NCBI GenBank assembly: GCA_937982655.1
Contig: CALJLK010000352.1
Coordinates: forward strand, 1-60,976
Length of the DNA: 60,976 bases
Reading direction: 5' to 3'
Origin: an uncultured Sandaracinus sp.
Lineage (GTDB): Bacteria > Myxococcota_A > Polyangia > Polyangiales > Houyiibacteriaceae
Positions within the stretch are counted from its first letter, which is position 1. Each line of letters begins with the position of its first letter. The translations under genes and the position numbers were made by a program. Under the pieces are notes generated by a model, which was not told the origin of the DNA, did no database searches, and was given only the letters and a program-made list of their open reading frames with translations. This document shows positions 1-8,492 of the stretch, piece after piece.

Positions 1-2
1 GC

Positions 3-98
3 GCGGCGCGCGCGAAGGTTCCGAGCGCGGCGCGCGCGAAGGCTCCGAGCGCGGCGCGCACGAAGGTTCCGAGCGCGGCGCGCGCGAAGGTTCCGAGC
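3..98. repeat. 24-bp tandem repeat x4 (GCGGCGCGCGCGAAGGTTCCGAGC)
   Basis: Four head-to-tail units start at 3, 27, 51 and 75, with 1-2 substitutions. The reverse complement contains GGAACCTTCGCG, related to the GGATCCTTC arrays at 9303 and 53559. Confidence 0.9.
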
Positions 99-193
99 CC
101 TCGAGCGAGCGCGCAGGCACGACGTCGAAACCCGAGCCGAAGATCGAGCACGCGACTCACCACGCCTCGATCACCCGCGGGTGGGTCGACGAC

Positions 194-1912
194 GTGCTCG
201 TCCTGATCGCCGCGGTGCTCACGTTCGCGCGCAGCGTGCCGAACGACCTCGTGCGCGGCTGGGACGATGGACGCTTCCTCGTCGACTTCGCGCCCGTGCA
301 GTCGGTCTCCTGGGAGAACCTCGTCGCGATCTTCCGCGCGCCCCATTTCGAGGCCTACCACCCGCTGCACCTGCTCTCGTACTGGCTCGACGTCCCCTTC
401 GCGGGCGCGCACGGGCCCACGCTCCACGCCACGAGCCTCACGCTCTTCGCGGGCGCGCTCCTGCTCGTGCGGCGTGTGTTCCGCGCGCTCGGCCTCGGTC
501 GGAGCGCCGCGCTCGTCGCGACGCTCGCGTACGGCCTACACCCGGTGCAGGTCGAAGCCGTCGCGTGGGCCACCGGCCGCAAGGAGATCGTCGCGCTCCT
601 CTTCGCGAGCGGCGCGATCCTGCTGCACCTGCGCAGCACCTCACCCTTCTCCGGCGCCGCCTGGGGCAGCCGCGTGCTCTACGTGCTCGCCGCCCTCGCG
701 AAGACCACCGTGCTGCCGCTGCCGCTCGTGCTCGTGTCGATCGACGTCTTCCTCCGCCCGACGTCGGGCGACCAAGACGCCACATCGTTCTCGTCGCGCG
801 TGGGTCGCGCGTTCTTCGCGCAGCTCCCCACCCTCGCGATCGGGCTCGCGCTCGGCATGTTCGTGCTCTCGATCTGGCAGTCGAGCGAGATGGTGCGCCC
901 GCCCCTCGAAGGTTTCGGTCCGGTCTCGCTCGTCGCCGCCACGATCACGCACCATCTCGGCCACGCGCTCGCGCCCTTCGGCTCGAGCCCCGTGTACCCG
1001 ATCCACCGCGACGCCTCGGCGTTCGGCGTGCTCGACTACCTCGGCCCGCTCGTGCTCGCGCTCGCGCTGCTCGTGCCTTCGCCGCGCGCGCGCTTCTCGA
1101 TCCTCGCGTTCCTCGCGCTGCTCCTCCCGGTGTCGAACCTCGTGCCCCTCTACTTCGAGGTTCAGGATCGCTACCTCGCGCTGCCGCTCTTGCCGCTCGC
1201 GTTCGGGCTCGGCGCGCTCGTCGATGCGAAGCACCCGAGCCCCTCGAGCTCCTCGAAGGCAGCCGCGTCTGTGAGCGCGGCGGCACGCATGCGTCGACTC
1301 CTTCCCTCCGCGCGCGTCACGCTCGCGTTCGTCTACGTCGCGCTCCTCGCGATCCTCACGTACCGCTACTCCACCGCGTGGGCGAACGACGGAACCCTCT
1401 GGCGCCACGCCACGCGCGCACAGCCCGAAGCCGACTACGCGTGGCTCAAGCTCGGCGAGACCCTCCGCGACGAAGCGCTCGCCGCTGGCACCGAGCGCGA
1501 CGACGCCCGCCTCACCTTCGATCGTTCGATCCACGCGTACGATCGCGCGATCCGACTCGCGCCGACGCTCGTGGTGCCACACGTCGCGCGCCTGCGCGCG
1601 ATGGCCCATCGCGACGAGCTCGTGCACGCGATCGAGCCCTCGCGCGCGGCCGACTTCGCCACGCGCTTCGGTCGCGCGCAGGCGAACGCCGAGGCCCTCA
1701 AAGAGCTCGCGAGCGAGATGCTGGAGGTCGGCTACCACGACGCCGCGCTCGTGCCGCTCTCACGCGCGCTCGATCTCGATCCGATCGCCCCCGAGCGCCT
1801 CGAGCACGCCGCACGCGTGCAGCTCGAGAGCGGCCACGAGTGGCTCGCGCGTTTCTACGTCTCGCGTTTGCCCGGTCCACCGATCGATCCCGCGCTCGCG
1901 GCGCTTCGCTGA
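194..1912 (+). CDS. Multi-pass membrane protein with C-terminal TPR repeats (PMT/GT39- or TMTC-like glycosyltransferase family)
   Basis: The 572-aa ORF has normal composition, many hydrophobic helices (LLSYWLDVPFAG, LVLALALLVPS...) and then TPR-like helical repeats (YAWLKLGETLRDEA, YDRAIRLAP). GTG at 194 is the first start codon, but the frame stays open back to nt 2 through the 24-bp repeats, so the 5' end is uncertain. Confidence 0.7.
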   Translation: MLVLIAAVLTFARSVPNDLVRGWDDGRFLVDFAPVQSVSWENLVAIFRAPHFEAYHPLHLLSYWLDVPFAGAHGPTLHATSLTLFAGALLLVRRVFRALGLGRSAALVATLAYGLHPVQVEAVAWATGRKEIVALLFASGAILLHLRSTSPFSGAAWGSRVLYVLAALAKTTVLPLPLVLVSIDVFLRPTSGDQDATSFSSRVGRAFFAQLPTLAIGLALGMFVLSIWQSSEMVRPPLEGFGPVSLVAATITHHLGHALAPFGSSPVYPIHRDASAFGVLDYLGPLVLALALLVPSPRARFSILAFLALLLPVSNLVPLYFEVQDRYLALPLLPLAFGLGALVDAKHPSPSSSSKAAASVSAAARMRRLLPSARVTLAFVYVALLAILTYRYSTAWANDGTLWRHATRAQPEADYAWLKLGETLRDEALAAGTERDDARLTFDRSIHAYDRAIRLAPTLVVPHVARLRAMAHRDELVHAIEPSRAADFATRFGRAQANAEALKELASEMLEVGYHDAALVPLSRALDLDPIAPERLEHAARVQLESGHEWLARFYVSRLPGPPIDPALAALR

Positions 1913-2118
1913 CGGAGCCGGCGATCTCACGCGCGTCGTGAACAGCTTCGAGCGGTGTTCGAGCGTGAGGTTTCGTGAAGCGTGCGTAAGCGGAAGCCAA
2001 ACAGTTCCGAGCACCTGCGCGCGCCTCCACGCGATCCCGACACGATCCCGATCGCCGAAAACGCGAACGGCGGTTCGCAATGGAACCGCCGCTCTGCGAC
2101 AGGAGGTCGCGATCGCGC

Positions 2119-2577
2119 TCAGCGCGGGACGCAGATCTGGAAGCCGCCGTCGATGGTCGCGCAGTCGAAGCCGACCCCACAATCGCCGCCGTCGACACAT
2201 TGCTCGTAGCAGATGAAGGGGGTCCCCCCGAACTGCACGCACAAGCCCTCCAACCCGTTCGGCGACGCCACGCAGTCGGAGGAGCGGCTGCACTCGTAGG
2301 TGCAGATGTTGTTGCGCGAGGTGCGGTCGGGCCACTCCGCGACGATCTCCTGGCAACGCGTGGCGAGCGCCTCGCACTCGTCGACGACGACGCAGGGATC
2401 GTAGACCGGCACGGCCGCGACCTCCGGCAGACACGAGCCGCCGGCGGCGCAGTAGTAGCCGCCGGGGCAATCGAGGTCGGAGAAGCAACCCGTGGCGGGG
2501 GGATCGTCGTCGTCGATGATGATGCAGCCGCTGCCGAAGAGCGCGAAGAGCGGGAGCATCGCTAGGATTCGTCGCAT
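2119..2577 (-). CDS. Small secreted Cys-rich lipoprotein (paralog A)
   Basis: Lipobox signal MRRILAMLPLFALFGSGC and 14 Cys. It shares the pattern W-PD..S.N.ICT..C..SSDC...GLCV.FG...CYE.C...DC..GF.C..I.GGF.IC.PR with the neighbouring gene. Confidence 0.8.
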   Translation of the reverse strand: MRRILAMLPLFALFGSGCIIIDDDDPPATGCFSDLDCPGGYYCAAGGSCLPEVAAVPVYDPCVVVDECEALATRCQEIVAEWPDRTSRNNICTYECSRSSDCVASPNGLEGLCVQFGGTPFICYEQCVDGGDCGVGFDCATIDGGFQICVPR

Positions 2578-2599
2578 CGTGTGCCTCCGTTCCTACGCC

Positions 2600-2965
2600 T
2601 CAGCGAGGCAGACAGATGGTGAAGCCGCCGCCGATTTCGCCGCACGCGAAGCCGGGGTCGCAGTCGAAGTCGGTGTCGCAGTCCTCGTAGCACTGGAACC
2701 CGCGGCCGAAGTCGACGCAGAGGCCGGGGTCGCCGTTGCTGAACGGACAATCCGAGCTGTCGAAGCAGCCCCACGTGCAGATGCTGTTCGTGGAACGCAG
2801 CCCGTCGGGCCAGTCGGTGGTGATCGAGGAGCAGGAGGCGCCGACGTCGTCGCAATCGCTGTCGAACGCGCAGGATTCGTAGAGATCCGCGCCGTCGTCG
2901 ACCACGATGCAGCCCGACGAGCCGAGCGCGAAGAAGAGACCCAAAGCCAAACCGAGATGCTTCAT
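2600..2965 (-). CDS. Small secreted Cys-rich lipoprotein (paralog B)
   Basis: I moved the start to the internal ATG (MKHLGLALGLFFALGSSGC lipobox), which has AAGGA about 10 nt upstream. The C-terminal Cys pattern is collinear with the 2119-2577 product. Confidence 0.8.
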   Translation of the reverse strand: MKHLGLALGLFFALGSSGCIVVDDGADLYESCAFDSDCDDVGASCSSITTDWPDGLRSTNSICTWGCFDSSDCPFSNGDPGLCVDFGRGFQCYEDCDTDFDCDPGFACGEIGGGFTICLPR

Positions 2966-3226
2966 GAGAGGTTCCATCCTTTCCCGATGGCGCGCTCGTT
3001 CAGCAACGCCCGTGCCCAGGCACTCCGCGGATGGGGATCCCATCCCCCGCTCCGAAGTCCGAAGACCCGAGGTCGTCTCCGACGGGAGAGGATAGGGCCG
3101 TGTTCACTTCGGGGGAAAGCCGACCTCCGGGGTCATGTCGTCGGAGCCACGACCGGTGCACGAATCTGCACCGAAACCTCAGCACACGCAGAAGCCCGCC
3201 GCCGCCGGAGCGATCATGCTCCACCC

Positions 3227-3958
3227 ATGCGCACTTCGTATCTCCTCTACTGCTTGGGGCTTCTCTGCGTCCTCGGTTGCCCGACCTCGACCACCGTCGT
3301 CGACTGTGGCGATGGGGGCTCATACAGCGAGGACGACGTTGGGCGGTACTGCAGCTACATCGTGGTCCGCGGAGGGTTCACGTGCCCGCCCGCCCTCGCC
3401 AACGCGGTTCCGGTCGGAACCGGGATGGTGTGTACCGACTTGCGCGAGCCGACGCCCGAGCGTCTGCCTCCCACGGCCTGCGAGGGACTCGACGATCCAC
3501 GCTGTGGCACCGCGAGTCGCGCGTGCGCCGGGCCAACGCGCGAGACCGAGTACCTCAGCTGTTCGCCTGGCTTTCCCGATCCTGCGTTTCCCCCGGGGGA
3601 GTGGACTCGCGATCTGCTCGACGTCGACACGGAGCTCGCGCTCGAGGACGGCGATCGACTGGTGGTCGGTACGCAGCCCGATGGCTCGCTCGGTGCGAGC
3701 GTGGCGATGCGCACGGAAGGGGCGGGCTTCGTGTGCAGCTTCATCGAGATCGCGGCCATCGGCTCGGATGGCTCGGAGGTCCAGACCATCATCGGCTCGG
3801 CGCTGACCTCGCGCAGTGATGCCGGGCCGGGGGGGTCGCGCTACGTCTTCACGTTCGGAGTCCCCGGGCTCGGGCCGACGGTCGTTCGTGTGTCGTTCTT
3901 GGGGATCTCCGGCGCGCTCCAGGTTTGGGAGCGTGAGCTCGAGCTGATCTGCGAGTGA
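3227..3958 (+). CDS. Hypothetical lipoprotein
   Basis: The internal ATG of the 2492-3958 ORF gives MRTSYLLYCLGLLCVLGC (lipobox). Downstream composition is normal; the upstream part of the ORF is Arg/Ala junk. Confidence 0.7.
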   Translation: MRTSYLLYCLGLLCVLGCPTSTTVVDCGDGGSYSEDDVGRYCSYIVVRGGFTCPPALANAVPVGTGMVCTDLREPTPERLPPTACEGLDDPRCGTASRACAGPTRETEYLSCSPGFPDPAFPPGEWTRDLLDVDTELALEDGDRLVVGTQPDGSLGASVAMRTEGAGFVCSFIEIAAIGSDGSEVQTIIGSALTSRSDAGPGGSRYVFTFGVPGLGPTVVRVSFLGISGALQVWERELELICE

Positions 3959-3975
3959 GTGGGCTTCTGGGCGGA

Positions 3976-4145
3976 GTCGGCGGGGCCCGACTTCTCGACC
4001 GCGTCGGCGGGATCAGCCGCCGACTTGGGTCCGCCGCCGACTTCTCGACCGCGTCGGCGGGGTCAGCCGCCGACTTTTCTCGACCGCGTCGGCGGGGTCA
4101 GCCGCCGACTTCTTGGCCGGGTCGGCGGGGTCCGCCGCCGACTTG
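3976..4145 (+). repeat. Tandem array of the palindromic repeat (4 full + 2 partial units)
   Basis: Full palindromes GTCGGCGG(G)(G/A)TC(A)GCCGCCGAC start at 4003, 4053, 4088 and 4121. Each is followed by TTCTCGACCGC-like tails, so the canonical unit is 33 bp. The array is intergenic. Confidence 0.9.
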
Positions 4146-4195
4146 CGGAGGGCGCGCCGAGCCCGCATCGCTCCGAGGTGACCTCGCCCCTGGAG

Positions 4196-4912
4196 ATGCG
4201 GCTGCGCGTCCTCGCGCTCCTCGCCGAGCCGATGCTCGAGCTCGCGCGGACCTCGGCGCTGCAGCTCGACGACCTTCGTGATCTCGTCGCGACCGAGTAC
4301 TTCGAGCTCTTGCGACGACGCGGCGCGAGCTGGACCCAGATCGCGCGTCGCCTCGGAAAGAGCCGTCGCACCATCGCCGAGCTCGCGCGTCGCTCGGCTG
4401 ACCACGAACCGCTCCGCGCGCCGAGCGCACGACTCGACGTACGACGACGGATCGTGCGCGCCCTGGCGGAGGGGGAGGTGACCGTCGAAGGTCTCGCGCG
4501 GCGCGTGGGGTCACCCGCCGTCGCCGAGGAGCTGGAGGCGCTGCGGCTGGCGGGCATCGTATCCGGCCCGCCCGACGCACCCGAGCTCGCCGCGGAGCTC
4601 CTCGACTTGGTCGGCCCGGGCCTCGAAGCGCGGCTCGCGTCGCTTCGACAGTTCCTGGAGTCGGTCGCCCACGTCGTGTACGCGCGGTTCGTGCGGCCGA
4701 AGCCCGACCAGCTCGCGTTCGCGCGCGTGTGGTCCTTCTCGGCGGACGCCGAAGCTCTCGGCACGCTCGTGGAAGAGGTGTACGGACTGCTCGACCGACG
4801 CATCGCGGAGCTCGACGCCGCCGCCCGAGGCAACGACGTCCGCTCGGCGAGCGTGTCGTTCGTCGCGGTCGAACCTCCGAGCGACGAAGCCTGGCGGCAT
4901 CGACGGGGCTGA
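4196..4912 (+). CDS. Putative helix-turn-helix transcriptional regulator
   Basis: HTH-like segment ASWTQIARRLGKSRRTIAELARR plus a second winged-helix-like segment (VTVEGLARRVGSPAVAEELEALRLAGIV). The part of the ORF upstream of 4196 is the palindromic repeat array, so I moved the start to ATG 4196; that position is uncertain. Confidence 0.55.
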   Translation: MRLRVLALLAEPMLELARTSALQLDDLRDLVATEYFELLRRRGASWTQIARRLGKSRRTIAELARRSADHEPLRAPSARLDVRRRIVRALAEGEVTVEGLARRVGSPAVAEELEALRLAGIVSGPPDAPELAAELLDLVGPGLEARLASLRQFLESVAHVVYARFVRPKPDQLAFARVWSFSADAEALGTLVEEVYGLLDRRIAELDAAARGNDVRSASVSFVAVEPPSDEAWRHRRG

Positions 4913-4967
4913 GCCTGACCCATCTGCTACCCTCGGACGTCCGCGCACCGCACGCGACGTCTTCCTC

Positions 4968-5615
4968 GTGAGCTCGCTCCCCGACCTTCCGCGTTTGATC
5001 GCCACCCTCGAGGCGCACCGGCGGCTCGACGTCCCCGCGCTCCCCGGACGGCGCAACCACCTGCAGGCCGGCGTGCTCGTGCCCGTGCGCTTCGTGGACG
5101 ACGATCTCGAGGTCGTGCTCACCGAACGCGCGGCGACGCTGCGCTACCACGGCGGCGAGGTCTCCTTTCCGGGCGGCAAACCCGACCCGAGCGATCCCGA
5201 CCTCGAGCACACCGCGCTGCGCGAGGCGCGCGAGGAGATCGGACTGCACGAAGCGCGCGTCATCGGCAGGCTCTCGAGCATCCCGCTCTACACGAGCGAC
5301 TTTCGGTTGGAGCCTTTCGTGGCGGTGATCGCGCACGACGCGCCGCTGGTGCCGAGCCCCGACGAGGTCGCGCGTGTGCTCGCGTTCTCGGTGCGCGACG
5401 CGCTCGCGCGTCCGCACCTCCAAGGGATCCCCTGGACCCACGAAGGGCGCGAGCACCTCTCGCCGGTGTTCGAGCTCGAGAACAAACGTGTGTACGGAGG
5501 CACCGCGCACGCGCTGCACGAGCTGCTCGCGGTCGTGGCGCGCGCGGCCGGGCGTGCGCTGCCTCCGCTGCGTCGAGGTGACCTCGGCTGGGACGACGTG
5601 CTCCCGCGCGGTTGA
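4968..5615 (+). CDS. NUDIX hydrolase, CoA pyrophosphatase type
   Basis: Nudix box GGKPDPSDPDLEHTALREAREEIGL, preceded by LTERAATLRYHGGEVSFPGG, which is typical of the NudL/YeaB CoA pyrophosphatase subfamily. GTG start. Confidence 0.85.
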   Translation: MSSLPDLPRLIATLEAHRRLDVPALPGRRNHLQAGVLVPVRFVDDDLEVVLTERAATLRYHGGEVSFPGGKPDPSDPDLEHTALREAREEIGLHEARVIGRLSSIPLYTSDFRLEPFVAVIAHDAPLVPSPDEVARVLAFSVRDALARPHLQGIPWTHEGREHLSPVFELENKRVYGGTAHALHELLAVVARAAGRALPPLRRGDLGWDDVLPRG

Positions 5616-5718
5616 GCCGAGGAAGCACCTCGAGACCGAGCGAGCGATCCGTGGCGATGAGGCCGGGTCACGCGCCGCGGGCTTGCGTCGATCACGCTCG
5701 GGCCCGAGCATCCGCCGC

Positions 5719-6885
5719 ATGCGCGAGATCCACGACGAGGCCACCCTCACGAGCTTCCTCGGCTCCGCCACGAGCCTCGCGAACGTCGTCGTTCAGAACC
5801 TCGATCTGCGACCTCACGCCGCGAAGCTTCGCGCGCTCGACGTGCGCGACGGCGTGCTCCTCGGCTGTCTGCTCGAGCCGAACGATCTCGCCGACGTCGT
5901 CACCCGCGGCGCGCTCGTCTTCCCGCGCCTCGACGGCCTGCCCTACGAGCCCTGGCGCACCGCGCTCTACACGCCGGAAGAGCTCTTCGCGGGCTTCTCC
6001 GCCGACGATCCCTGCACCTACTGCGACACCCTCGACGCGCGCGTGTACACACACTTCCGCGCGACCGGCGGCGCGGACGAAGCGTCGATGCTGGAGGCCT
6101 TCGCGCGACGGCTCCACGATCACGGCATCTCGGAGGCGCTCGAGACGCTGCTCGCGCGGCACGAGCGCGTGGTCGCGTTCATGGGTGGGCACGCGATGCG
6201 GCGCGACGACCCGGCGTACCTCGCGGTGGCGCGCATGGCCGCGACCTTCGCGGGCGACGGCGTGCTCGTCGCGACGGGCGGCGGCCCGGGCGCGATGGAG
6301 GCGGCGAACCTCGGCGCGCGCTTCGCGAACGCCGACGACGCCGAGCTGGTGAGCGCGGTGCGCATGCTCGCGGAGGCGCCGCTCTACAAGGATCGCGAGT
6401 GGCTCGTCGCGGCCTACCGCGTGCGGTCGACCTTCGCGTCGATCCTGCGCGCCTCGCCCACACCCACCCTCGGGGTTCCGACGTTCTTCTACGGTCACGA
6501 GCCACCGAACGCGTTCGCGACGTGGCACGCGAAGTACTTTGCGAACTCCGTGCGCGAAGAAGGCCTCGTGAGCCTCGCGACCCACGGCATCGTCTTCGCG
6601 CCGGGCAGCGCGGGCACCGTGCAGGAGATCTTCCAAGACGCGTGTCAGAACCACTACGGCACCGTGCGTGGGCTCGTCTCTCCGATGGCGCTCTTCGGGG
6701 TCCGCTATTGGACCGAGAAGCTGCCGGTGTTGCCGGTGCTCGCGCAGCTCTCGCGCGGCACGTGGGAAGACCGCGTGGTCGCGAGCGACGACCCCGCCGC
6801 GATCGTCGCGTTTCTCACCGCGTACGGCCCGAAGAGGCTCGACCGCGCGTCGTGGTCGTTCTGCGGGGCGTATTGCCGCGAGTGA
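5719..6885 (+). CDS. LOG-family (TIGR00730-like) Rossmann-fold nucleotide-binding protein with an extra N-terminal domain
   Basis: Motifs GGGPGAMEAANLGA and APGSAGTVQEIFQ resemble the LOG GGGxGxM / PGGxGTxxE pair. I set the start at MREIHDE; upstream ORF residues are Arg/Ser junk. Confidence 0.75.
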   Translation: MREIHDEATLTSFLGSATSLANVVVQNLDLRPHAAKLRALDVRDGVLLGCLLEPNDLADVVTRGALVFPRLDGLPYEPWRTALYTPEELFAGFSADDPCTYCDTLDARVYTHFRATGGADEASMLEAFARRLHDHGISEALETLLARHERVVAFMGGHAMRRDDPAYLAVARMAATFAGDGVLVATGGGPGAMEAANLGARFANADDAELVSAVRMLAEAPLYKDREWLVAAYRVRSTFASILRASPTPTLGVPTFFYGHEPPNAFATWHAKYFANSVREEGLVSLATHGIVFAPGSAGTVQEIFQDACQNHYGTVRGLVSPMALFGVRYWTEKLPVLPVLAQLSRGTWEDRVVASDDPAAIVAFLTAYGPKRLDRASWSFCGAYCRE

Positions 6886-6965
6886 TCGCGACGCGATCGC
6901 ATGCGTGAGCGCTCCGCGCACGCGAACCACGACGCCGAGGATCGTTCGGCTCTACGCTGATCGTC

Positions 6966-8372
6966 GTGGACGACGAGACCACCACGCTCGTGCAGTGGGG
7001 CTTCGCGGGCGCGGCGCTGCTCGCGGCGCTGCTCGTGAGCCTTCACGCGCTCGGCTCGTGGCGCGACCCACGCTCGTCGCTCGGCTGGATCGCGCTCGCT
7101 TGGCTCTCTCCGCTCGTCGGCGCGCTCCTCTACCTGGTGCTCGGCATCAACCGCATCCGACGACGCGCGCTCCGGTTGCGCGTCCTTCACGCCTCGCCGC
7201 ACGCGGGCGGCCTCGCCCCCGAAGCGCTCGGCTCGCTCGCGCCGCTCGCACGCGCGGTGGGCACCGTGAGCCCTCGCCCGCTCGTCGCCGGCAACGAAGT
7301 CACCGCGCTCGCGAACGGTGATGCGACCTACCCCGCGATGCTCGCCGCGATCCGCGACGCGAAGCGCAGCGTCGTGATGCAGAGCTACATCTTCGAGGCC
7401 GCAGGTCCCGGAGAGCGCTTCGTCGACGCCCTCGCAGACGCGGTCGCGCGCGGCGTGCAGGTGCGCGTGCTCGTCGACGCCGCCGGCGAGCGCTACGGCG
7501 CCCCGCGCATCACACGCCTGCTCAAACGTCGAAAGGTCCCCGTGCGGCGCTTCTTGCCCGCGTTTCCTCCGTGGCGCTGGCCTTACGTCAACCTGCGAAA
7601 CCATCGGAAGATCCTGGTCGTCGACGGATCCGTCGCGTTCGTCGGCGGGCTCAACGTACGACCCGATCACGTGCTCACGGATGCGCCGAAGAACCCCACG
7701 CGCGACTACCACTTTCGGTTGCGCGGCCCGATCGTGAAGCAGCTCTTCGACGCCTTCGCGGACGACTGGCGCTTCTCGACCCGAGAAGTGCTCGAAGGCG
7801 AGGCGTGGAGCACGGACGAACGCACCCACGGCGACGCGTCGTGCCGCGTGATCACCGACGGCCCCGACGACGACATCGACAAGGCGTGGCTCGCGATGTT
7901 CGCCGGCATCACGCAGGCGAAAGAGCGCATCGTCGTGCTCACACCGTACTTTCTTCCGGAGCCGCCGCTCACCGCGGCGCTCGAGATGGCCGCGCGGCGC
8001 GGCGTACGCGTCGACGTCGTGATTCCGGAGCACAGCAACCTGCGCTTCGTCGACTGGGCAATGCAACATCTGCTCGATCGCAGCGGGGATCTCGAAGGCG
8101 TGAACGTCTGGCGTACGGCGCGCCCGTTCGACCACAGCAAGCTCCTGCTGATCGACGACGCGTGGGCGCTCGTCGGCAGCGCGAACTGGGATCCGCGGAG
8201 CCTGCGCTTGAACTTCGAGGTGCTCGTCGAGATCTACGACCGTGCGCTCGTCGAAGAGCTCCTCGCGGTCGCCGACGCGAGGCTCGCCACCGCGCGTCGG
8301 CATCGTCGGGAGACGCGTGTGCTGGCTCGCTACCGGAACGCCGCGGTGTTCCTCGCGCAGCCGCTCTTGTGA
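6966..8372 (+). CDS. cls: Cardiolipin synthase (PLD superfamily)
   Basis: Two N-terminal TM helices and two HKD motifs (NHRKILVVDGSVAFVGGLN and HSKLLLIDDAWALVGSANWD). Length of 468 aa is typical. Confidence 0.9.
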   Translation: MDDETTTLVQWGFAGAALLAALLVSLHALGSWRDPRSSLGWIALAWLSPLVGALLYLVLGINRIRRRALRLRVLHASPHAGGLAPEALGSLAPLARAVGTVSPRPLVAGNEVTALANGDATYPAMLAAIRDAKRSVVMQSYIFEAAGPGERFVDALADAVARGVQVRVLVDAAGERYGAPRITRLLKRRKVPVRRFLPAFPPWRWPYVNLRNHRKILVVDGSVAFVGGLNVRPDHVLTDAPKNPTRDYHFRLRGPIVKQLFDAFADDWRFSTREVLEGEAWSTDERTHGDASCRVITDGPDDDIDKAWLAMFAGITQAKERIVVLTPYFLPEPPLTAALEMAARRGVRVDVVIPEHSNLRFVDWAMQHLLDRSGDLEGVNVWRTARPFDHSKLLLIDDAWALVGSANWDPRSLRLNFEVLVEIYDRALVEELLAVADARLATARRHRRETRVLARYRNAAVFLAQPLL

Positions 8373-8375
8373 CGC

Positions 8376-8437
8376 GAACGTCTCTGCCGAACGTCTCTGC
8401 CGAACGTCTCTGCCGAACGTCTCCGAACGTCTCCGCC
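8376..8437. repeat. 13-bp tandem repeat (GAACGTCTCTGCC x3 plus two shortened units)
   Basis: It starts directly after the cls stop codon. Units lie at 8376, 8389, 8402, 8415 and 8425. Confidence 0.9.
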
Positions 8438-8492
8438 ACGTGCTCACGATCCGCGTCGACGTGACGGCCGCGATCGACCACCCTCGCGCGCC

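Noticed and set aside
1-193. Annotating the (RGAREGSE)x4 open frame as the N-terminus of the TPR membrane protein.
   Set aside because: There is no start codon within the window upstream of GTG 194. The repeat also belongs to a family otherwise seen in intergenic DNA. I left it as an open question in the findings rather than as a feature.
3976-4145. Possibility that the tandem arrays here and at 9303, 53559 and 43016 are CRISPR arrays.
   Set aside because: The units are directly adjacent or separated only by repeat-derived tails. There are no unique spacers of constant length, and no cas genes occur in the window.
6520-6550. A TGGCAC string that could be a sigma-54 -24 element, with others inside rtcB and at 48610.
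   Set aside because: All are inside coding sequence, and none has a GC dinucleotide at the required 10-nt downstream spacing.
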